Source: an uncultured bacterium
GTDB taxonomy: Bacteria > Chloroflexota > UBA5177 > JANWHV01
Length of the DNA stretch: 64,000 nt
Direction: 5' to 3'
Assembly: GCA_963827235.1 (NCBI GenBank)
Contig: CAWHAE010000009.1
Span: 32,001 to 96,000 of the forward strand
How positions within the stretch are numbered: the stretch's first letter is position 1; each line of letters opens with the position of its first letter. Positions 39,187-47,866 of the stretch are shown here, one piece after another. The position numbers and the translations under genes are program-made. The notes under the pieces were generated by a model. That model was not told where the DNA came from. It did no database searches and worked only from the letters and a program-made list of their open reading frames with translations.

Positions 39187-40123
39187 CGACCCGGAATACG
39201 TTCCGGTCCGGCACCTCGACGGCAGCGTACCCGGCATGGCCCGTCTCATCTATCGCAACAGCCGGGCCCTGCTGAGCGGCACCGATCGTTGGGGCGTCAC
39301 GTGGGCCGGCGGCATCGCCGGCAAGTCAGACTTTGAGCCGGAGATCCAGGGCTACCCGGTCCATCACCCGCTGGCGGATCTGGACCGCCTGGACGACTAT
39401 CCGTTCCCCGACCCGGATGAGCCGGGCATCATGGACGGGCTCTACGACGGCGTCGATCGCCGGCAGGTTCTGGTCGCCGGCGAGCTGATGTTCCCCGTCC
39501 AGGACCGGGCACATACCCTGATGGGAATGGACAACTTCCTCCTGGCTCTCATCGATCGGCCGCAGCAGATGCACGTGCTGCTGCAACGCATCGCCGACTA
39601 TCAGATCGGCATCATTCGCCGGTACCTCGCCATGGGCGTGGACATCATTCGCGTTCTGGACGACTACGGGACGCAGCGTTCGGTGCTGGTGGGGCCGCGC
39701 CTCTGGCGCACCTTCATCAAGCCCGAGCTTGCGCGTATCGTCAGGGCCGCCAAGGACGGCGGCGCCCTGTTCTGGCTGCACTCGTGCGGGCGCGTGATGG
39801 AGATACTTCCGGACCTGGTCGAGATCGGCGTGGATATCCTGGACCCCGTCCAGGTCATGGCCAACGATCAGGCCGAAGCCAAGCGTCTCTACGGCGACCG
39901 GCTGTGCCTGATGGGCGGCATGGATACGCAACGGGTCTTGACCCTCGGTACGCCCGAGGAGGTCGAGGCAGAGGTGCGAGCGCGAATGGAGATGCTGAAG
40001 CCGGGCGCCGGCTTCATTCTGGCACCGGACACGCTGATCACGATGCCCGAGGCCAACTATCGGGCCTACCTGGCGGCCGGCGCGCGCTATGGCCGGTACG
40101 CGCGCCTGGCCGGCGCCGTCTAG
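39125..40123 (+). CDS. Uroporphyrinogen decarboxylase/MtaA-family protein
   Basis: DRWG..W, LMGMDNF, DDYGTQ..W..FIKP, LHSCG, GGMDTQ..GTPEEV; start GTG 39125 or ATG 39146. Confidence 0.88.
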   Translation: MTITTSTMSERENLLRAIRHDDPEYVPVRHLDGSVPGMARLIYRNSRALLSGTDRWGVTWAGGIAGKSDFEPEIQGYPVHHPLADLDRLDDYPFPDPDEPGIMDGLYDGVDRRQVLVAGELMFPVQDRAHTLMGMDNFLLALIDRPQQMHVLLQRIADYQIGIIRRYLAMGVDIIRVLDDYGTQRSVLVGPRLWRTFIKPELARIVRAAKDGGALFWLHSCGRVMEILPDLVEIGVDILDPVQVMANDQAEAKRLYGDRLCLMGGMDTQRVLTLGTPEEVEAEVRARMEMLKPGAGFILAPDTLITMPEANYRAYLAAGARYGRYARLAGAV

Positions 40124-40148
40124 TTGCCGGCCGAGGAAAGGATGGATT

Positions 40149-41135
40149 ATGCCGACGGTCCTGATCACCACTGATATGCTGAAACCCGGCGAAGCAGGTG
40201 GAGTCCGGCTGCTCGACGAGGCCGGCATCAATCTGCGCTATGCGCCGCGCAGGCCGCGCTCGATCGACGAGCTGCTCCAGCAGGCCGAGGGCTGCGACGC
40301 CAGCATCTGCGGCGACGAAGCGTACACGGACGAGGTCTTCGCCGCCCTCCCCTCGCTGCGGCACGTGGCACGCCACGGCGTCGGCTACGATTCGGTCGAC
40401 GTCAAGGCGGCGACGAAGCGAGGCGTCATCGTCACCGTGACGCCGGGTGCGAACACGGAGCCGGTCGCCGACCACGCGTTCGGGCTGATGCTCGTACTGG
40501 CCCACCGCATCATGCGGGACGACCAGGCAATACGCCGGGGAGAGTGGCTGGGTTCGATGCGAGCCGACGTCTTTCGCAGGACGCTCGGCCTGGTCGGTCT
40601 GGGCGGCATCGGAAAGGCCGTCGTCCGCCGTGCCCAGGGGTTTGCGATGCGCATCCTCGCCTACGAACCGGCGCCGGACGACGCGTTCGTGGCCGCGCAC
40701 GGGGTGGAGCTGGTCGAGCTGGACGACTTATTCCGCCAGAGCGATATCGTCTCCTTGCACGCGCCGCTTCTCCCAGGCACGGTTGGCCTCGTCGACGCGC
40801 GTCGCCTGGCCCTGATGAAGCCAAGCGCGTACCTGATCAATACGGCGCGGGGCGGCCTCATCGACGAAGACGCGCTGTACGAGGCGTTGAGCAACGGCCG
40901 GATCGCCGGCGCAGGACTCGACGTGCGAGCCGCCGAGCCGTCCACGGGAGGGCGTTTTGCCACGCTGGACAACGTGGTGCTGACGCCGCACGCGGCCGGC
41001 AGGACCGAAGCGATGTGGCTGGCAGGAGGCACGATGGCCGCCGAGGCAGTGCTGGCCGTCTTGCGCGGCGCGCGGCCGCACGGCCTGGTCAATCCCGCGG
41101 CGTGGGAGCAGCGAGTGGCCGCTGCTCAGGCGTAG
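40149..41135 (+). CDS. D-2-hydroxyacid dehydrogenase (phosphoglycerate dehydrogenase-like)
   Basis: RHGVGYDSVD, GLGGIG, NTARGG, GLDV..EP, LTPHAAG. Confidence 0.92.
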   Translation: MPTVLITTDMLKPGEAGGVRLLDEAGINLRYAPRRPRSIDELLQQAEGCDASICGDEAYTDEVFAALPSLRHVARHGVGYDSVDVKAATKRGVIVTVTPGANTEPVADHAFGLMLVLAHRIMRDDQAIRRGEWLGSMRADVFRRTLGLVGLGGIGKAVVRRAQGFAMRILAYEPAPDDAFVAAHGVELVELDDLFRQSDIVSLHAPLLPGTVGLVDARRLALMKPSAYLINTARGGLIDEDALYEALSNGRIAGAGLDVRAAEPSTGGRFATLDNVVLTPHAAGRTEAMWLAGGTMAAEAVLAVLRGARPHGLVNPAAWEQRVAAAQA

Positions 41136-41213
41136 ACTGGAGAACAGTGACTCATTTCCCACAGGATATAGGCACACAGAGAGCCCAGAGATGCATAGAG
41201 GGATGGAAGAAGG

Positions 41214-42164
41214 ATGAGCCTGGCAGAGGAGCAAACTAGGCAGTGGACATGGTCTGAAGCACTTCGTGGTGTCGTACCCCCAGTGATCACCCCACTAAAA
41301 GCAAACGGGGACGTCGACGAAGCCGCGGCGGGCGCGCTGGTGGAGCACGTTCTGGAAGCCGGCTGCAGCGGCATCTTCGCCATTGGCGGCTGCGGCCTCG
41401 GTCCGTGGCTCACCACCGAGGAGCGCAGTGTCGCTCTTCGCGCGATCGTCGCCGCCGCCCGCGGACGAGTGCCCGTGATGGCCGGCTGCATGCTGCCGGC
41501 CACTGGTCCCGCTCGCGAAGCAGCTCGCCGGGCGGAGGCGGAGGGAGCCGACGCCATCGTCGCGGGCACACCGTACTACAACTCCGTGGCATCCGCGGAG
41601 CAGCTTCGCCATGTGGAGGCCATCCTTGCCGCCGTGAGCCTGCCCGTCATGCTCTACAACATCCCGCAGTGCACGGGCTATCCCATCTACACGGATGTCG
41701 TCGCCAGCCTGGCGCGCGAGCCGCGTGTTCTGGGTATCAAGGACACCTCTGCCGACATCACCATCTTCCAGGGCCATCTCGCGCTGAAGAAGCAGCGCCC
41801 GGACTTCCGCGTATTGCAGGGAGCGGAGCGGGTGATGGCAGCCAGCATGTTGCTGGGCGGCGATGGCGTGATCGCCGGCCTGGCCAACGTCGCTCCGCGC
41901 TACTTCGTCGATCTGGTGCGCGCCGGCCACCGCGGTGACGCAGCGACCTGCCTGTCGTTGCAGGAGCGTATCACCGATCTCTACTCGTTGTTCTTCCAGG
42001 GCCAATTGCTCGCCGCCCTGATCGCGGCCTGTGGCGACCTCGGCTTTGGCAGCGGCCGTCCGTCCGAGCCCTACGAGACGCCCAATACAGCGCAACGGGA
42101 AGAGATCAGGACCGTTCTTCGCCGGCACGGCCTGCTGAAAGAGGCGGCGGTCCTCGGCGCGTAG
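41214..42164 (+). CDS. DHDPS/NAL-family aldolase or dehydratase
   Basis: GVVPPVITP, LYNIPQCT, GIKDT; paralog of 30713-31630. Confidence 0.9.
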   Translation: MSLAEEQTRQWTWSEALRGVVPPVITPLKANGDVDEAAAGALVEHVLEAGCSGIFAIGGCGLGPWLTTEERSVALRAIVAAARGRVPVMAGCMLPATGPAREAARRAEAEGADAIVAGTPYYNSVASAEQLRHVEAILAAVSLPVMLYNIPQCTGYPIYTDVVASLAREPRVLGIKDTSADITIFQGHLALKKQRPDFRVLQGAERVMAASMLLGGDGVIAGLANVAPRYFVDLVRAGHRGDAATCLSLQERITDLYSLFFQGQLLAALIAACGDLGFGSGRPSEPYETPNTAQREEIRTVLRRHGLLKEAAVLGA

Positions 42165-42276
42165 GCCTGCGATCGGCGGAACGACGTGAGCCGGTGGCGC
42201 ATGCGTGGAAAGCGCTCCGCGCCACCGGCCGAGCAGGTAGACTTGTGGTGAAACAGCGAGAAAGTGAGGAGAAATC

Positions 42277-43152
42277 ATGCGGCTGGTAACCTTTGTCCTC
42301 GAGGGACGGACTCGGCTGGGCGCTCTACGCCGCACTGCGGGCGTCGATGAAATCGTCGATCTCAACGCTGCCGACGCGGACATTCCGGCGGACGTACTGG
42401 CCTTCCTAGAGGGTGGAAGTGCGGTTCTGGCGCGCGCACGCGCGGCGCTGGATCGTGCAGGCGCCCAGGCGATTCATCCGCTCGGCAAGGTAAAGCTGCT
42501 GTCGCCGGTACCGCGCCCGGGCAAGATCGTCTGCATCGGCCAGAACTATGTCGCCCATGCCTCGGAATCGAACGCCGCTCCCTCGACGTATCCGATCATC
42601 TTCGCCAAGTACGCGAACACGATGATCGCCTCGGGCGACGCCATCGTGCTGCCCAAGATCAGCACGCAGGTGGACTATGAAGGCGAGCTGGCGGTCGTGA
42701 TCGGCCGCACCGCCAAGAACGTGGCGGAGAAAGACGCTCTGCAGTACGTGGGCGGCTATGCTCCCTACAACGACGTGAGCGCCCGCGACTTCCAGAACCG
42801 CACCAGCCAGTGGGTAATCGGCAAGACGTTTGACACCTTCGGCCCCATGGGCCCCGCACTGGTCACCGCGGACGACGTGCCCGATCCGCAGAAGCTCGAC
42901 CTTCGTCTCACGATCGGCGACGAGGAGCTGCAGTTCTCCAACACGAGCAAGATGATCTTCCCGATCGCCAGACTGATCGCCTACATCAGCGCCGCGATGA
43001 CTCTGGACCCGGGCGACGTGATCGCCACCGGGACGCCGGAAGGGGTCGGCGCCGCGCGGACACCGCAGCGATTCCTGCGACCGGGCGACGTCGTGCGCGT
43101 GGAGATCCAGGGCGTCGGCACTCTGGTCAATCCCGTCACGGCGGAGGCGTGA
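42277..43152 (+). CDS. Fumarylacetoacetate hydrolase-family protein
   Basis: KIVCIGQNY..H, DYEGEL, NDVSARD, GKTFDTFGPMGP, TGTPEGVG. Confidence 0.95.
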   Translation: MRLVTFVLEGRTRLGALRRTAGVDEIVDLNAADADIPADVLAFLEGGSAVLARARAALDRAGAQAIHPLGKVKLLSPVPRPGKIVCIGQNYVAHASESNAAPSTYPIIFAKYANTMIASGDAIVLPKISTQVDYEGELAVVIGRTAKNVAEKDALQYVGGYAPYNDVSARDFQNRTSQWVIGKTFDTFGPMGPALVTADDVPDPQKLDLRLTIGDEELQFSNTSKMIFPIARLIAYISAAMTLDPGDVIATGTPEGVGAARTPQRFLRPGDVVRVEIQGVGTLVNPVTAEA

Positions 43153-43290
43153 CGGCGGAGGTGTAGCAGCGCGCTCATCCCTCCACGAGCCCTCCAGAGC
43201 CTCTCCGTGCCTGAAGGAGCAGCTACAGGCGCGTCGCTCCCTGGACCGGCACAACAATCCGCCGCACGGTCGGCCACGTGCATGCATGGA

Positions 43291-43337
43291 CGATGCCGGC
43301 CGGATGCCTCGGCACTTGAGGCATCCGGCCGGCATCG
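43291..43337. repeat. Perfect 20-bp inverted repeat (REP-like hairpin)
   Basis: CGATGCCGGCCGGATGCCTC-ggcactt-GAGGCATCCGGCCGGCATCG. Confidence 0.9.
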
Positions 43338-43395
43338 GCAGCACCAGCCGGTTGCTCTGGCAAGAAGTATTCACACACAGCGAGGATGGGTCTTC

Positions 43396-44397
43396 ATGTC
43401 GAACGTCGAGAGTAGCTCGGACATCCCGGCCGCGCCTGCCGGCGCGGACGTCACCGGCCTCGCCCTATCACCGGATTTTGACGGCGACCGCACTGCGTTC
43501 GCGGCCACGCTCGCCGGCCTGTACCACTCGACCGATGCCGGGTTCACCTGGAAGCGTCTCGGGCCGCCCTCCGGAGGGTCGTCCCTGACCGCCGTGGCCG
43601 TCTCTCCTGCCTTCGCGGGCGACCGTGTGCTGCTTGTGGCCGGCCTGGACGGCGCTCTCTACCGCGTGACCGCCGGCGGGACGGCCTGGGCTGCCGCGCA
43701 GCTGCCGAAGTATGGCGAGGGAATCGTCGCGCTTGCCATGTCGCCCGTCTTTCCGCGCGACGGCACGGCATTCGCCGCCGTGATGTCGGGCGGCGTGCTC
43801 GTCTCCCGCAACGGTGGCTCGACGTGGGAGCCGGGCGCGTTCGGATTGCTCGACCTCGACGTGCTGGCCCTGGCCGTGTCTCCGGCGTATGGGCAGGACG
43901 AAACACTCTTCGCCGCCACGGCCTCGGGCGTGTTCCGCAGTCCGAATGGCGCGCGGGCCTGGCGAGAGGTCGGCGCTCCCGGAGAAGGTGAAGCCGTGCA
44001 GTGCCTGGCCATCTCGCCCGCCTTTGCCGAGGACGGCACCCTCTTTGCCGGCACGGACGGTGCGGGCCTGTTCTGCTCGCAAGATCGCGGCGTCACCTGG
44101 CGGCCGATGGCGCCGGCGCTGCACGATACCAGCGTCAACGCAGTGGTGCTCTCCCCCGGCTTCGCCGTCGACCGCACGGCATTGATGGCCACTGCATCCG
44201 ATCTGTACGTCTCCCACGACGCTGGAGAGACCTGGTCCTATTGCGTGGATGCCCCGGGCGCCCTGTGCATCGCGGTCGCGCCGTCATTCCCCGCCGACGG
44301 ACTCGTTCTGGCCGGTCTGGCGGAGAACGGCGTCCTTCGCTCGACCGGCAACCTCTCGGGCTGGCACTTCGCGAACGCGGGCATGGCTCCTGCGTGA
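43396..44397 (+). CDS. BNR/Asp-box seven-bladed beta-propeller (YCF48/WD40-like), no signal peptide
   Basis: Seven repeats of LAxSPxFxxDxTxF and five SxDxGxTW-type Asp boxes. Confidence 0.8.
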   Translation: MSNVESSSDIPAAPAGADVTGLALSPDFDGDRTAFAATLAGLYHSTDAGFTWKRLGPPSGGSSLTAVAVSPAFAGDRVLLVAGLDGALYRVTAGGTAWAAAQLPKYGEGIVALAMSPVFPRDGTAFAAVMSGGVLVSRNGGSTWEPGAFGLLDLDVLALAVSPAYGQDETLFAATASGVFRSPNGARAWREVGAPGEGEAVQCLAISPAFAEDGTLFAGTDGAGLFCSQDRGVTWRPMAPALHDTSVNAVVLSPGFAVDRTALMATASDLYVSHDAGETWSYCVDAPGALCIAVAPSFPADGLVLAGLAENGVLRSTGNLSGWHFANAGMAPA

Positions 44398-44635
44398 GGC
44401 CCAGCGCCGCCGCCGCACGCGCGCCACGACCCACCCAGTAGGGACGGCCTCCGGCCGCGGCCTGCAGCAATAGCCACGTGGCCGCGGCCGGCTCGTCCCT
44501 GCCCTCCTCGCAGCTGGAGGCTCCCGTCCACCCGGGACCGCAGTCCCCCATCCGCTGCCATGCGACCTCAGTCGCAGGCTTGGTCCACCCGGCCGCCGCC
44601 GGCCCCGTGCCTGCCTTCCTGCCGCAGCTGGAGGC

Positions 44636-45073
44636 TTATATCGTCGCGGCCGCTTTCCAGCTGGCGTCCGCCGCGGCATGCGGCGAGGCGGGCATGATCT
44701 GCATCAGCTCGATGCGATTGCCGTCAGGATCGGTGATCCAGTACTGCCAGTTGCCGTCGATGCCCTGGCTGGGCTCACCGACGATCTCCAGTCCCCGTCC
44801 GGCAAGATCGCGCAGCGTCGCCTGTATGTCGTCGACCGCGAGACTGAAATGGCTGTAGCTGGCCTCACCGTCCGGCGGCGTGATCTTGTGCGCGACGGGG
44901 AACAGCTCGATGAACTGGCCCGGACTCACCTGCAGGTAGACGATCCATGGCGATGGCGATCCGTCTCTGTCCAGGGTAAAGGCTTCTTTGAAGCCCAGCT
45001 TCTTGCAGTAGAACTCGCGGGCGCGTTCCAGGTTCGAGATGTTGAACGCGGCATGCCCAATCCCGGTGATCAC
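44636..45073 (-). CDS. VOC/glyoxalase-family protein
   Basis: GHAAF..FY..LGF, IELF, HFSLAVDD, DPDGNRIELM; RBS GAGGAGG before GTG. Confidence 0.9.
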   Translation of the reverse strand: MITGIGHAAFNISNLERAREFYCKKLGFKEAFTLDRDGSPSPWIVYLQVSPGQFIELFPVAHKITPPDGEASYSHFSLAVDDIQATLRDLAGRGLEIVGEPSQGIDGNWQYWITDPDGNRIELMQIMPASPHAAADASWKAAATI

Positions 45074-45286
45074 TTCTTGCGCCTCCTCGACCGCGCACGC
45101 GGTCACGTATCTGCTGTACTCACGATTCACGCCATCGCCGGCCGCCGCGGTGCACGGCGGCATCGGAGCGGCCTTCCACCCGCACACTCCGCGCCGGAAG
45201 CAGAGGTGCCGGAGGACCAGCAGCCGCTCAAACAAACGATTGCGGACAATCTTTTGTCCAGACCTTAACACAGCGACTGGAGGCTG

Positions 45287-46375
45287 TCAACCGCCGTTCG
45301 AAGGCGGCGCGCACGATTCGCGAAGCACCAGTGACGGCGGGAAGATCACGGTCCGTTCCCGCTGATCGCCGCAGGCTGGCGTCGCGGTGTCGATGGCGTC
45401 AAGCAAGGCGTTGGCGGCGTGCGAGCCCATGTCCTCGATCGGCTGGCGCACGGCAGTGAGGCTCGGCGTGCAGAGCGACGAAAAGGAGATGTCGTCGAAG
45501 CCGATCAGCGACAGATCGCCGGGCACCTTCAAGCCTTCGGACGACATCGCCTTGAGCACCGTGATCGCCGTGACGCAGTTGTTGACGAGCACGGCGGACG
45601 GCGGCTTGGGGAGTGCAAACAACGGCATCAGCGTCTTGCGAACCGACTGCAGGTCGCGCCCGCCGACGGTAACTTCAAGGCCCGGTTTGTCCGGCAGGTC
45701 GTGGAGAGCCAGGAAGCCGCGATAGGCCTGCCTGCGCAGGCGATCCTCCCAGGAGTGCGGGTGGAAGCCGTCGAGCACGTACGCGATCTGACGGTGGCCG
45801 AGCTCGTAGAGATAGTCCATGGCCATTGCCATGCCGGCGCCGTGCCCGACCGTGACGGACCACTCGCCGGCTACGCTGGGCCGGCTGCCGACGGTCACCA
45901 CGTGCTTGTGCAGCCGCACCAGACGCTCCATGGCTTTCGCGAACGTCTTCTCCTGCTCCATGTTGCGCGTGAGCGTGTCGCCAATCATCAGCACGCCGTC
46001 GACACGATCGGCGCGCAGGATGTCGCTGAGCGCCCAACCTTCGTTCGAGTCGTGCTCAGCAGTGCCGAGCAACAGATGATAGCCCCGCGCGCGGCAGGCC
46101 GCGTTGATCACGTGGAGCAGCTCACAGGCAAAGGGATGCGATAGGTCGAACACGATGGCGCCCACGCACCTGGTCTGTGCCGTGCGGAGACTGCGTGCCC
46201 AGGCATTGGGACGGTAGTTCAGCTGCCGGGCAGCCCGCTTCACGCGCTCGATGGTATCGGCACTGATCGATACGGTGCCGTTCTTGTCGTTGAGCACGCG
46301 CGACACCGTCGACGTCGACACGCCGGCTTCGCGAGCGACATCGCGGATGCCGCCTGAGAGAGGTATCTCGGCCAC
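45287..46375 (-). CDS. LacI-family regulator
   Basis: IRDVAREAGVSTSTVSRVLN, YRPN..ARSL, GFDD..PSLTAVRQP. Confidence 0.93.
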   Translation of the reverse strand: MAEIPLSGGIRDVAREAGVSTSTVSRVLNDKNGTVSISADTIERVKRAARQLNYRPNAWARSLRTAQTRCVGAIVFDLSHPFACELLHVINAACRARGYHLLLGTAEHDSNEGWALSDILRADRVDGVLMIGDTLTRNMEQEKTFAKAMERLVRLHKHVVTVGSRPSVAGEWSVTVGHGAGMAMAMDYLYELGHRQIAYVLDGFHPHSWEDRLRRQAYRGFLALHDLPDKPGLEVTVGGRDLQSVRKTLMPLFALPKPPSAVLVNNCVTAITVLKAMSSEGLKVPGDLSLIGFDDISFSSLCTPSLTAVRQPIEDMGSHAANALLDAIDTATPACGDQRERTVIFPPSLVLRESCAPPSNGG

Positions 46376-46531
46376 CGCGACCCTCGCATTAGCAAACGAT
46401 TGACTGTGGTGCGTCCACATCCTAGCACGCCTCCTGAGCGCCGTCAACGGTGCTCTGAGCCCGATGCTATGCCGGGAATTGCGCGCCTCTGCGCCGCGGT
46501 CGTCGCGGATCGCACACCTTCACAGAATCGC

Positions 46532-46601
46532 TTGACGCACAACGCCGTGCGTGCTAGTGTAGGCAAAGGATTTTACACAAACGTTTTCCGTGAAGCGTTT
46601 T
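46532..46601 (+). promoter_or_regulatory. Sigma70 promoter with LacI-type operators
   Basis: TTGACG-17bp-TAGTGT with extended TG; CAAACGTTTT and GAAGCGTTTT downstream; related CAAACGATTG at 45233 and 46393. Confidence 0.65.
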
Positions 46602-46619
46602 GACGGGCGGGATTGCGAC

Positions 46620-47720
46620 GTGGGCGTGGGAATACGTGACGTAGCCAAGCTGGCCGGCGTGGCGCCGTCGACCGTGTCACGCGTGCTCAATGGCAAGGGC
46701 GCCGGCGTGCCGATCAGCGAGAAGACGGCAGAGCGCATCCAACAGGCTGCGGAAACCCTTCAGTATCGGCCCAATGCCGCGGCGCGCAGCCTCCGCACCA
46801 CGCATGCGCAAACGGTTGGTCTCATCGCTCGTGACCTGCTGCACCCGTTCGTCGCCGAGCTGCTGCGTGTCATCTCCGCCGAGTGCCGGACCCGCGGCTA
46901 TCACTTGCTGCTCGCGCACGCCGAGCACAGCATCAGCGAGGGCTCGATGCTGGGTGACATTCTCAGCGCCGATCGCGTCGACGGCGTCCTCATTATTGGC
47001 GACATCATGTCGGACGCCTCTCGCATCGAAGATACGGAGCGCCTCATTCAAACGCACGGCCACGTGCTGACCGTGGGCGCCCACCCGAGCGTAGCTGGCG
47101 AGATATCCCTCGTGGTGGACGACCAATGCGGCGTCTCGCTGGCGCTGGAGCACCTGCTGTTGCTCGGCCATCGCTCCATCGGCTATATCGCGCGGTCCAG
47201 CGGGCCCGAGCCGTGGGAGGACACGCAGAGGCGGTCGGCCTATGAGCAATTCCTCAGGCGCCACGGCATGCCTGTCAGGAGCGAAGCCGAGCAGGGTGTC
47301 GACGACAGCATAGCATCGGTCACGCAGGCACTGAAGGTGATGATGGCTCTCCCGGATCGGCCCACCGCCGTGTTCGTGAACAACGATTTCACGGCGCTGG
47401 CCGCGGTCAAGGCCGCGTTGATGTGTGGCCTCCGTGTTCCCGAAGACCTGTCGATAGTCGGCTTCGACGACATGCCATTCGCGGCACTGTGCTCGCCGGA
47501 GCTCACCACGGTTCGCCAGCCAATCGAGACCATGGGCCGCTATGCCGCGAGCATTCTTCTCGATCGGATCACCGGTGTGGATCCACCGTCTGTCCTGCCG
47601 GAGGGCATCCCGGATGGCAACACACTCGTGTTTGCTCCGACACTGGTGTGTCGTGAGTCGGCGTGCTCGCCGTCTCCGCAGTCGCAGAGCTACGGCGCGC
47701 AACCGACCCCGGCAGAATAG
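46620..47720 (+). CDS. LacI-family regulator
   Basis: IRDVAKLAGVAPSTVSRVLN, GFDD..PELTTVRQP; start among GTGs 46590/46620/46626. Confidence 0.93.
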   Translation: MGVGIRDVAKLAGVAPSTVSRVLNGKGAGVPISEKTAERIQQAAETLQYRPNAAARSLRTTHAQTVGLIARDLLHPFVAELLRVISAECRTRGYHLLLAHAEHSISEGSMLGDILSADRVDGVLIIGDIMSDASRIEDTERLIQTHGHVLTVGAHPSVAGEISLVVDDQCGVSLALEHLLLLGHRSIGYIARSSGPEPWEDTQRRSAYEQFLRRHGMPVRSEAEQGVDDSIASVTQALKVMMALPDRPTAVFVNNDFTALAAVKAALMCGLRVPEDLSIVGFDDMPFAALCSPELTTVRQPIETMGRYAASILLDRITGVDPPSVLPEGIPDGNTLVFAPTLVCRESACSPSPQSQSYGAQPTPAE

Positions 47721-47866
47721 TCCGCGAGCAGAAAGGGGGACAGGCTGCAGGGTAACCTCCCTCGTCCACGCGCAACTCGAAGAGATTCGCGCTTTGCCGA
47801 GCTGAACGCTCGTTCTTTCCCAGGCATATAGTGGGCCAAGGTCATGCTCGAAGGAGAGTTCACACC

